Assembly: GCF_009914755.1 (NCBI RefSeq)
Contig: NC_060926.1
Strand: one strand, 5' to 3'
Length of the DNA stretch: 64,000 nucleotides
Origin: the human T2T-CHM13v2.0 reference genome, Homo sapiens
Each line of letters opens with the position of its first letter. Position 1 is the first letter of the stretch. Both the position numbers and the translations under genes were made by a program. The notes beneath the pieces were generated by a model that did not search any database, was not told where the DNA came from, and saw only the letters and a program-made list of their open reading frames with translations. Below are positions 13,045-24,119 of the stretch, piece by piece.

Positions 13045-13269
13045 GTGGCTCATTCTTAACATGCAAGCCAGGCCCACTAAGGTAGGGCTGTGGCATCTGC
13101 AACACACCAGGACAGAGACCTCATTTTTATCAAGGGGAAGAGAAATCAGAATATTTGTTAATTAAAAAGTACTAGGTGCTCAGGATTCCTCAGAGGGAAC
13201 AGATACATTTTTCCTAGAAGATGGAGGTTGTCTCGGTTGACTGGCTCAAACTCCACATCCCCAAAACAG

Positions 13270-13460
13270 GGCTAAAATTCTGAATCTGGAGCCAGCTGTG
13301 TAACCTTAATTAGTCATCTCATCTTTCCAAGCTGCATCTTCTGAATCTGAGAAATAGAATTTATAACACTATCTACTTGATGGGGCTGTTATGAGGAATA
13401 AAGGAGAAAATGAGTATACATCCTTATATACAGCAAATGTCTAACACATGTTAACTAAGG
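13270..13460 (+). mobile_element. MIR SINE
   Basis: 'cagctgtgtaacctt...catcttctgaatctgagaaatag...ggggctgttatgaggaataaa'. Confidence 0.65.
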
Positions 13461-14723
13461 ATTTATTCATAATAGATGAGGTGAATTCATACTTGGTCCT
13501 GCTTTCAGATGGACACAGCTTCACGGCTAGAGGGAACTTGGCTGTCAGAGGTAATCGGATGTCTTATCCCGTGAGGCACCGTGATCAGTGTTAGGGGTTG
13601 TTTGGAGTGCTGTCCTGTGTAGGATCCTGAAGCCTGATCCCACTTAAGTAGACAAGAGTTTTGATCTTAATTATCAATGCCTGTCAAGGGCATAGGAGAG
13701 AGAAGTGACATCACGGGGCTACATAGTCCCAATTTCATTCCCAAATTAGTTCAACAGCCTTATTTTCAGACAAGCCTAGAGTGGTCAGGAAAACTTGGAA
13801 AACACATTTTTCAAGCTAGTTTTGTGGCTAATGGAGGCCAGATCTCAGTCTCGCTATTTCTCATTCAATTCTGCTGCAACCACTGCCCCTCCATGCAGGA
13901 AAGGCAATTCACCTCCATCAGAAATAGAAAGCGCCCTATACAAGAAGGTTAGTGATACCCCTATGTTATTTTGCTCAAATCTTTGGGTTCAGGGAATAAA
14001 TTCCTTAACTGCAAAGTGGAATTTCTTTAATTACTCTGCCCTCATCTGTACTCCCAGGACAGATCAAGGCACTGTGAATTTTGCTAGGTGTCCATCAGAA
14101 AGATGCAAGAGGACTATGGTTGAACAGAATCTCTAGAGACCTCACCCTGCCCCTGCTGAGGTGTCCCCTAAAACATGTACCTACAGCACTCTGGAAAGAC
14201 GTGGAATGAACAATAGTTTAAAGGGAACGTTACAGGGAATATATGTTACAATAGCGTAGAAATAGCTGGAGGTGACCTTTTATGGTTTGGGTCAGCTTTC
14301 ATTCTAAATGAGTCATGTTCTTTTTTCTCCTTTTTTCCCCTTCATGTTCTCCCTTCCCTTAGTTCACTGCATCCAGACAGAAGCTGGTTTAAAGAATAGG
14401 ATCCATGTTAATCTATGGGTAGAAGTACTTCAAATCTCCACTTCCGATTTCAGACAAGCAGTGATCCTGCTTAACTAGCCCCACCTATTCAGTTTGGAAC
14501 TGCCAGAAGGATAGACTTACTTTGGAGTAACCGTCATGTTTCTTGCTCTGGAAGAGGAATATCCTGGGATATAACAGCCTCTCAAGGCACAGGCAAAATG
14601 AAGGGGCAGACTGGAGGCAGCGCAGAGTGCCTGACCCAATAGGTAACTTCCATGAGACCAAGCCTCCACACACCTTGTCCAGGCCGTCTTCTCCTCGGAG
14701 TCTGTTTAAAGTAATCTGTTTGT

Positions 14724-15011
14724 GGCCGGGTGCTGTGACTCACACCCAGCTTTTGGGGAGGCCGACGTGGGCGGATCAACTGAGGTCAGGAGTTCGAGAC
14801 CAGCCTAACCAACATGTTGAAAACCCATCTCTACTAAAAATACAAAAATTAGCTGGGCATGGTGGCGTGCACCTGTAGTCCCAGCTATTTGGGAGGCTGA
14901 GTCGTGAGAATTGCATGAACCTGGGAGGTGGAGGTTGCCATGAGCTGAGATCACATTCCAGCCTGGCAACAAAGTAAGACTCTGTCCCCCCGCCCCCCTG
15001 CCCCCAAAAAA
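14724..15011 (+). mobile_element. AluS (Sx/Sz-like) with small deletions and a C-rich tail
   Basis: GGCCGGG start, 'ctgaggtcaggagttcgagaccagcct', linker ctactaaaaatacaaaaatt; degenerate TSD aaagtaat..ttgt. Confidence 0.9.
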
Positions 15012-16789
15012 GTAATTTTTGTGCCTTCTTTTCTTATCTGAATTTTGACTTCAGGGGCCAAAAATTCAGTTTCTCACAGATCAAATACCTATTTCTAACA
15101 ATATCCAAGGACCTCTTTAACTCAACTCTTTCTGAAGATGGCAAGAGAATTGAGGAGGACCAAACCCACACTCAGGACTGAGAAGGAAAAAACCCTACAC
15201 ATTTTATTAAGCCTATTCATGCAGAACTACAAGCTCTATCTGTAGCGTGGGGTTCTAAAATTAATTCCCGCAGCTAAGTGTGACTAAGATAACCATCTCT
15301 ATGGCAGCTTTTCCTTGATTTCTCATATTCTGTTAGCTGAACTCTGCTGGTCAGCTTCTGCAGGTGCCATGCCTTGTGGGCTCATGGCAATACGTGCTAA
15401 AATGTTCTTTTAATAATTTTTAGAAAGTCCTTGATTTTTAATTTCAGTTGCTAAAATATCACCATAAAGACCTCATTCTCACCAAGGATGTTGCTATAAA
15501 GGCTTCCTCTCCTCCCTCTGCTTTGCTTAGCTCAGCTCATTACCTGATGAGCGGGCAGAGGAAGATGGGGGTGCGAGTCAGGTGGGATCAGTATTTCTTT
15601 CTCTATTTGGGTGAACTCCAGCTCAGTTGGTGCCCATGTGTCTTTCATCAACTGCCTCTTTTTCATCAACTGCCTCTCTCTCTCATTATAAACATTCTGT
15701 GTTTCTTCTATTATAAATATTGCAAGAGATCTTTAAAACCTGTGGGGTTTGATTTATTTGCATTACCATTTGAAGAACAACTTCTGGATTCAGTTCTGAA
15801 ATGACAAATGATCCATCTCCTCCCGTCTTTGAGCACTGACGATCTTCCTTGGTGGAAGCGGCTCCGGGTGTTAATATTCCACCAGTTCAAATCTGTTGAT
15901 AGAGAACCCAGGTGTGAGCAGGCTGGCCGCCCCAGGTATTCCATTTAGGAGGGAACAGCACACTCAGGACACCTCAAGTCCTGCACCACAAGGTTCCAAC
16001 ATCCATCCAGGTTGGCACTCTTTGAGAGGCTCAGGCTGAAGTCACAGTTTCCCCCCTTATCTTGTGAGACTCACAGACAGGAGCTTCAAGCATCCATTGG
16101 CTGCCGAGGTATCTGCTGGTCTTTCTGATCACCCATGAGGGCAGATATTCCTGTGTAAGAACCTCCTGCCAAGGAGAAACTCTATCAGCTAAGGTGAGGG
16201 GAGATGCCTCTCCTTCAGTCCACAGTACTTTGTCTTTTGGAAAATGAATGAATTTTTGCAAAACCACTAACAGTACATTTTCAATAGGTGATCACTAACT
16301 TTAAATGAAAATAGTCAATTATTCCAAATCAAAGGGCCATCAGGGAGCTGGTGGTTACAGCCATTGTGTTTGCCTGTGCATTGCTCAGTTTGGAGCATCC
16401 TAAGTGCCAAGACACCTGAGTCTCTTCTCCTAGGAATTCCTAAGAGGTAGGGGCTCTAGCACAATTTGTTCCCTTGACTCTGTTGTCTCTGTGCTCCTGA
16501 GGCAGAGAGGTAGCCAGGAAACGTGCAGTTCTAGAGATATATCCTCTAGGTTCTTTTTGAAGTAGATGTTAAGCATTCAGAGGGGAAAGAAACAAGAAAT
16601 GCACAAAGTGGGGAGAAACTTGGTAAGGAAAAATTTTTTAAATAGCATAGAAAAAACTGTAGCATAAAATCTAAATACCTTAAAGTTTTGGGCATATTTT
16701 GTAGGTGTCGAATTTAACTTGAGTGGTCTTAATTAGTCAACAAAGAGTTTCCATTTTTTTTTTACTGTGAAGACTGACAATGATTAAAT

Positions 16790-17420
16790 AGAATAAGAAT
16801 ATACAGTGTTGAAGAGGGCGAGAGGGGTTGACATACACATACACAGCTGGTGTGAAAACAAATCACTGCAACCTCTCTGTGGCACGCATTGAAGGCTTTA
16901 AAAGTGATCAGTGTTTTGAACTGCTTTTAAGGATTGATTGAAAGAAAATTATTGATCAATTGCTAAAATATGGGTATACAATGATGTTCATTAAAGTGTT
17001 TTTTTAAAGTAACAACAAAAGTTAATCAACTGTAATCTTAATAATTGAAGGCTGTGTAGCTAATAATAGTCTAGGCTCATGCAGTAGAATGACACAGCCA
17101 CTGAAATAATAATGGATATTTTTTCTACTCACATGAAAACTTGATAAAATATTACAGAAAATATATGCAGTATAATTTTATTGTATAACATAAGCATGTT
17201 TGTTGGAAATCTATAGGAAATTTTAAGACAAACTCCAAAATTGTTATAAGAAAATAAAATCCCCTCGTTCCAATTAGGTTAACGGAAGTCAAAGCAAGTT
17301 GATGTCAATATCCCATTGTTTCTAAAGGGCTTAAGCATCATCTTTCCTTTCCTTTCTTTCCTTTTCATTTGCTTTTGTTTTCTATTTTGCCAACAAAGCC
17401 ATGCATTAATTGTATACTAA
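16790..17420 (+). mobile_element. Ancient L1ME 3' remnant
   Basis: Degenerate 'atgttcattaaagtgtttt...gcagtagaatgacacagcca' resembles the L1M 3' end; approximate. Confidence 0.4.
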
Positions 17421-17748
17421 AAGTAACGAAAATGAAAATGGGTAAAACATCAACCTCAATTTGAATTTTTTCTTAAAATAAGAAATCAACAGTTATTTGA
17501 TTGATCTCTATTTATTTTGTCCAAAAATACATGTTTATTATATAATCTGCATATCTTGTTTCTACAACTTTCAAATAGTTTATCACCATCATAAACATCA
17601 ATCATCACTATCACTATTATTATTATAGCAACATAATATTACTATTGTAGCAATGTGATCTTGGTCAAGCTAATTGCCTCATAATCTATTACTCCCATTC
17701 ATTTCTTAAAGAAGTAAGTATTATTACATGGAAGTGCCTAATTTCAGG

Positions 17749-18146
17749 CTTTTTTAAAAAATTATATTTTAAGTTCTGGGATACATGTGCAGAATGTACA
17801 GGTTTGTTATATAGGTATACATGTGCCATGGTAGTTCACTGCACCCGTCAACCCATCACCTACATTAGGTATTTCTCCTAATGCTATCCCTCCCCTACCC
17901 CCCGACCTCCTGACAGGCCCTGGTATGTAATGTTCCCCTCCCTGTGTCCATGTGTTCTCATTGTTCAACTCCCACCTATGAGTGAAAATATGCAGTGTTT
18001 GGTTTTCTGTTCCTGTGTTAGTCTGCTGAGAATGATGGTTTCCAGCTTCATTCATGTCCCTGTAAAGGATATGAACTCATCCTTTTTTATGGCTGCATAG
18101 TATTCCATGGTATATATGTGCCACATTTTCTGTATCCATTCTATTG
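17749..18146 (-). mobile_element. L1PA (PA6-PA8-like) 3' end, 5'-truncated
   Basis: 'aagttctgggatacatgtgcag...cattaggtatttctcctaatgctatccctcccc...ggctgcatagtattccatggtatatatgtgccacatttt'. Confidence 0.92.
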
Positions 18147-18318
18147 TAGACAGCATGCATGTATGCTAGCAATCTTTTATTGCCATGTAATAGCTTTGAA
18201 AGTCTCCAGTTTGCTTATCCAATAGGAAACTTATCCAATAATTTATTTATTATTAACCACTTAGGCTAGTTCTGGTTTGGGCCTGGTAGAACTGAAGCTG
18301 AATGTTAAGTGTATGCCC

Positions 18319-18660
18319 TGTGGCAGCTGGGGCTAGAAGGTCCTATTTCCCTCCTTCTTAGATAAGGAGGACCATGTGACTTGTGTTGCTCAGTGGATCA
18401 TGGGAAGAAGGAACAGCCCCTTTGAACTTTCGGTGGCATTCTCCACACCATCTCTTCTCTCCATTCTGAATGGCTATAGAGCATCTGGGGGAGCCTGAAG
18501 CCAGCAGATGCTCCTCAAAGGATGCCGGATCCCCTCAATGGATGGATCCTTGGAGGAGAACTCCCAGAGGAGTCTCGGCCCACGATGATCCACAATGGGC
18601 TCTGTGCAGCTGCAGAACCGACTCTTGTTTTGTTCTGTTAAGCTGCTAAGACTTGAGTCA
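18319..18660 (+). mobile_element. Old MLT1 (J/K-like) LTR remnant
   Basis: 'ggaccatgtgacttgtgttg', 'tgttaagctgctaagacttgag' are MLT1-type motifs. Confidence 0.45.
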
Positions 18661-18815
18661 ATAAATTCCCAATATCAACTCAAAGAAGATGAACATTTAT
18701 GTGGCTCTGGCTAAATATTGCCAAAATCATATGAATACTGTATGATTTTGCTTTATCTCCAGAGATATATGCCTATATGAACTGTATGTCTTTCATCTAG
18801 GGCAGAAAAGAACAT

Positions 18816-19383
18816 TGTATTGGTCAGGGTTCTCCAGAGGGACAGAGCTAATAGGATATATGTACATATGAAAGGGAGTTATTAGGATAATTGGCTCACA
18901 TGATCACAAGGCGAAATCCCATGGTAGGCCATCTGCAAGCGGGGAAGAAAGAAGCCAGTAGTGGCTCAGTCCAAGTCCAAAAGCCTCAAATGCAGGGAAG
19001 CTGACAATGCAGCCTTCAGACTGTGGCCAAAGGCTCAAGAGGCCCCATCAAAAGAGTCCAAAGTTCAAGAGTCCAAAGGCCAAAGAACCTGGAGTCTGAT
19101 GTCCAAGGGCAGGTGGAGAGGGAGGAAGCATCCAGCCTGGGAGAAAGATGAAAGAAGACTCAGCAAGCCAGCTTATCCCACCTGCCTCCACCTGGTTTGT
19201 TCTAGCTGAGCTGGCAGCTGATTGGCATCCACATTAAGGGTGGGTCTTCCTCTCCCAGTCCACCAACTCAAATGTCCATCTCCTCTGGCAACAACCTCAC
19301 AGACACACCCAGAAACAATACTTTACCAGCTATCTAGGCATCCTTCAATCCAATCAAGATGACAACTAATATTAACCATCACA
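18816..19383 (-). mobile_element. MLT2A/B solo LTR (ERV-L)
   Basis: Ends 'tgtattggtcagggttctccagagggacaga' and 'caactaatattaaccatcaca'; perfect 5-bp TSD AACAT at 18811-18815 and 19384-19388. Confidence 0.92.
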
Positions 19384-19480
19384 AACATCTATATCTATGT
19401 CTGTAGAAATATATCTCTGTATATATTTTGGAGCAGGAAAACTATAGTAAGTAGGACCCAGGCTTAGGCATTTATATATG

Positions 19481-20007
19481 TCTTTCCCTCCCCTCCCCTC
19501 CCCTTTCCCCCTCCCCTTTCCCTCCTCCCCCTCCCCCTCCCCTTCCTCCCTTCCCCCCCTCCCCTCCCCTCCCCTCCCCTTTCACTCCTCCCCCTCCCCC
19601 CTCCCCTTCCTCCCTTCCCCCCCTCCTCCCCTCCCCTCCCCTCCCCTTCCCCCTCCCCTTTCCCTCCTCCCCTCCCCTTTCCCCCTCCCCCCTCCCCTTT
19701 CCCCCTCCCCTTTCCCTCCTCCCCCCTCCCCCCTCCCCTTTCCCCCTCCCCTTTCCCTCCTCCCCCCTCCCCCCTCCCCTTTCCCCCTCCCCTTTCCCCC
19801 TCCCCTTTCCCTCCTCCCCCCTCCCCCCTCCCCTTTCCCCCTCCCCTTTCCCTCCTCCCCCCTTCCCCCTCCCCTTTCTCCCTTCCCCCCCTCCTCCCCT
19901 CCCCTTTCCCCTCCCCTTTCCCTCCCCCCTCCCCCCTTCCTCCTTTCCCCCCTCTCCTCCCCTCCCCTCCCCTCTCCTTCCTTCCTTCCTTCCTTCTCTC
20001 TCTCTCC
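19481..20007. repeat. Polypyrimidine/polypurine tract, 527 nt
   Basis: Only C/T on + except one A at 19584; repeated C3-6 runs. Confidence 0.97.
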
Positions 20008-20269
20008 ACCTCCCCTTCCTGCCCCAGGCAGCACTCTCCTTTTGGAAGAGAATACAAAATTTTTTAGTCCTACTTGGAGGAGATAAAGTGTTGTATGCAC
20101 CGACACTGTTATCACTGCGCATTGCGAGCTCTCTCCTGAAGCTCTTTGCTTACTGCTTTTCTGATTGATCAGCTTGTTGTTCTGTTTACTCCTGGTCATG
20201 GATCTCTGTAATTGACCACATGATTTGGAGTCCTTATGTTTGTTTTCACTTTGATATTTTCTTAGCGTC

Positions 20270-20375
20270 CATTAAACACATGTTTACTGAGATCCTCTGT
20301 ATGCCAGACACTGTACTAGGTTCTTAGTATAGTTTAGTGGATAAAACTGACATGGTCTTTGACTTTATGAAATTT
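20270..20375 (-). mobile_element. L2 3' end remnant
   Basis: 'aacacatgtttactgagatcctctgtatgccagacactgtactagg...gacatggtctttgactttatgaa'. Confidence 0.65.
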
Positions 20376-21123
20376 GAAATTTGCAACAGTCCAACTTTGC
20401 CTCCCGGCTTTCTGTGTATAACCACAGGTCGGAGGCACCCTTCACTCAGGTCTTCTGACTTCCCAACTTCAGCTAGGTAAAATCATCCTCTGCCTACTGT
20501 TTTCCCATGAAGAAATTAGACATGTAAAGGAAAATGAGGCCTGAGCTGGGAGAAGATTTATATAAAAATCCACTCCATTTGTATCCCAAAGTTGTAAAAT
20601 AGAATAGGAATTTTTATATTATTTTTGTAGTCAGAGTATTTTAGAAGGAACTAATATAGGTTGGAAAATTTGCTAACTTTGGGGTGACTTTGCAAAGAAA
20701 TTTATAGGATCAATAAAAATATATGTATCTCTTTGATTTTACTTTTGTAACTCTTTCAACAAAGATATAGGTGAGTGGATGGAATATATGTTCATATATC
20801 TTCAACTATATTGTCTTGAATCAAGAAAACTGTCTTGTCTTCACAAAGAAACACTGGAAGATGCACTTCCTGTTCTTTTTCAGCACTATTCAAAATATTT
20901 AATAGCTGGTGCAGCACTGAGCACCAACTAGTCAGAATGGCTGTGGTTTTTGTTTTATGTTTTTTAAAGCTATTTGTGATAATATTTGCATGCTGGTGGG
21001 ATAGCAGGGGAGCACTGGTGTAGGAACACAACTCCCAGTAAAATCACTGGGTTTCGAAGAACATCTTATTTTTCTTTTTTGGAGCAGGAAAACTATAGTA
21101 ATGTAGGACTCCTGCTTAGGCAA

Positions 21124-21493
21124 TGTCTTAGTTCATGCTGCTATAACTGAATACTATTGACTAGGTGACTTAAACATCAGCAATTGATTTCTCACAGTTC
21201 TGGAGGCTGGAAATCCAAGGTCAAGGCACTGGCAGATCTGGTGTTTGGTGAAGTTGCCCTTCCTGGTTTGCAGATGGCTGTTTTATCATGGTACCTTTAC
21301 GTGATGGGGGGTCGAGGAGAGTAAGCTCCCTTATTTCTTCTTATAAGTGCACCAATCCCATTCACTGGACTCTACCCTCATGACCTAATTACTTCCCATA
21401 GGCCCTACATCTGAATACCAACACATTAGGAATTTCGGCTTCAGCATTTGAATTTGAGAGTAGAGGAACAGCACACACACTCCATTCATAGCA
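21124..21493 (-). mobile_element. MLT1A-like MaLR LTR
   Basis: 'tgtcttagttcatgctgctataac...tctcacagttctggaggctggaaatccaaggtcaagg...ccctcatgacctaattacttccca...catagca'. Confidence 0.85.
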
Positions 21494-21599
21494 GCAGTGC
21501 ATAACTTGAAGTTTGAATTGATTTCTATTCCCCTGTCTAGTGGATTGTCTTTAGCTGGATGATGATGGTCTGGTCCATTTAGTAACATCTCTGGATTCT

Positions 21600-21790
21600 G
21601 TTAGCAGATTTGAATCTCAGTTGCAGCCCTCAGCAACGACATGTTCTTGGGCAAATTATTTACACTTTAGAGGCTTAGTCTCCTAAACCACAAAATCGGG
21701 GCAATGTTATTTATCTTGCCCAATTGCAGTGCAGTTGAGACAGTACAAAACATGCAAGATGCCTGCATGGTCTAGCAAAAGTAGAGACTT
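21600..21790 (+). mobile_element. MIR SINE
   Basis: 'tttgaatctcag...ttgggcaaattatttacactttagaggcttagtctcct'. Confidence 0.55.
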
Positions 21791-23779
21791 TGTAGTGGTT
21801 CTTCTTATAAATATTAATAAAACAAAGTTAAAGTTGGCTTTTCAATAAAATCCTGCTTCCCTTGGAGGCAGTCTTTGAATGTGAAATAGTCTAAAAAACA
21901 AGCTAATTCTGTAGCCAGTGCAAATATTAATTAGCAGTCTAGCAAGAAGCAGGTCACAATGCTGAATGTCAGTGTGCTAAAATGTCTGCTAGTTTCAAGA
22001 CAGTAGCACCTTGCTAATTTGTCATCAAGGGGCCCCTGGAGCTAAGAGAGATGACAAAAATCTGTGTGAAGAAGAAATTCTCACAGATTAAATCAAACTT
22101 CTGCAGTTTTATAAAAATGTGCTACTTTTGTTAGCTTTGCTTTGGAGTTTTTAATGCTATTCACATAATTGGCAGTGTTCTTCTAGAGGTGAACATTTAC
22201 TTCTTCAATTACAAAAATTGGTAAATATTGTTTTTCCATCTAAAGGGGCAAAAGTCTGCACATTGTGGACCTGACACTAGAGACTTAATCCAACAGAAAT
22301 TTCTCTCTGAATTTTGGTTGAACCATCTAGACATTTTCACCTGGCTCTGTCATCAAAATGAACACATTATGTTACTTTATCAGAAGAATTTAAAGATGCT
22401 TTGGTATTGTCACATAAGAATAGAGAAGTTTAACAGATTAAACCTAATGAGAAAGTTCACATTTTCAGAAGTAGATATTATGTGTTGAAAAGAGCCAACA
22501 TTTTGAATTCAGATAATTCTCAGTGTCATTTCTTATTTTAGACTCGGTATATGAACTTGGGCCAGATACATAAAATAGGGAAAATTTTTCCTGCCTTATA
22601 AGGTTGATAGAGGTGAAAAGTGCAAACTGCTGGAACATACAAGACATAATTTTTCTTACAGATGTCTTTTAATATCACTGGAAAGGGAAAAACAGTCTCA
22701 GGTAGCAATTATCTCCTTGATTACAACTTTTCACCATCACAAATATTTAGAGACTTAGAGCTTCCCAGCAGTACCTGCAAAGGCCTACTCAAGACAGACA
22801 GGTACTCAGTTTTCAAACAGCAACTTGGTGGGAATTCAACTTACCAATATTTTGGGGTAGGAGCTTGGCTTTTCCAAGTGGCCTAGTGCACAAGTCTCAA
22901 GATAGATACGCTGTTAACAAGTAGGGCTTGGATTTGAAGTCTTATTCAGAGTGTTAGAGTAAGCACATTCCATATGCGTACTCTAAACCAGAATAAAAAC
23001 CCTGGCAGGCTCTGCAGGATCTCACACCACCACGTTGCTCCTTTTGTTGATAGAAGACCTGCTTCATACCAACAGTACCAACATTTTAGGTGGGAGGCAG
23101 ACCTGGGCTGAGGAGGCAATGCCACGCTGTTTAAATGTGAGAACCTGGGACCTAGGCTCTGTCTCAGTTCTGCCTGCAAACTTGAACAAGGCGTGCAGTT
23201 TCTCTGTAGTAAATTTCCTGATCTGCCAGGCCTCTCAGAGCTTGCCACTCTGCTCCCTGATCCTACAGTTCAGGAAAATGCATCTGTGCAAGTCTAGGTT
23301 TGCGTTGGAAAATTGCTCCTTCAATAAAGAAATAACAAAGGAGTGACTAGCTTGTAGATGCTACTGTATGAAAGCTTTCAGTAGTCAGAAACAGCATATT
23401 CTAACTGGGCTCATTTACATGTTTATTAGAGTTTATACTAAAGGAGACTCGACTGACAGTTTTGCCAGTGGGACAGTCTTCTGCTATACATGTCTACAAT
23501 TTACATTTTCCCTGTTTTTGGCAAACAATACAATTCTCCAATTGAGACATTTATGTTCTATAACACTTTTTGTGTTTTTTTGGCCATAATTAGTATTAAG
23601 ATGCTCTCGTTTACCTCCCAATGTTAATGCATAATTATGCACACTTAATACTTTGTTTTTACTTATAAACGTTGGTTATAAAGGTTTACTAGTCATTTTT
23701 ACAAAGTTCTTTAGAGTAGTCAACTTCTTTGTTCCAATGGGAAATTATTTATAACCCCAAGCCATAAAATAGATAATAA

Positions 23780-24000
23780 CATCTAACATTTTTTCAGTGC
23801 ACGTTTTGTGTCTGACCCTTTACTAAGATATTTAACTCATATAATCCTCATAATAAATCTACAAGTTTAGGAAGGTAGCCTTATTATTCCCAATTTATAG
23901 ATGAAAAAAACCAATGCAGTAAGATATTAACTGTCCTGTTGAAAGCTATAAGGCTTGTGAGTGGTAGAAGATGCAATTGAACCCAAGCAGTCTGGGTCCA
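23780..24000 (-). mobile_element. MIR SINE
   Basis: 'aactcatataatcctcataataa...ttattattcccaatttatagatgaaaaaaac...aattgaacccaagcagtctg'. Confidence 0.7.
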
Positions 24001-24119
24001 ATGTGGGTAGAACAACTATGCCATGTGTCTTTCCACAAAAAGTGGAGTGAATTTTTTTGAAACAGGTTTGGGAGCCACAAGTCCTGGGCTCTTCAAAGTC
24101 CCCCCTGGGGCAGTCCTCC

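Noticed and set aside
19464-20199. Four ~200-aa Gly/Glu/Arg- or Pro-rich ORFs
   Set aside because: Artefacts of a C/T-only tract that cannot contain stop codons
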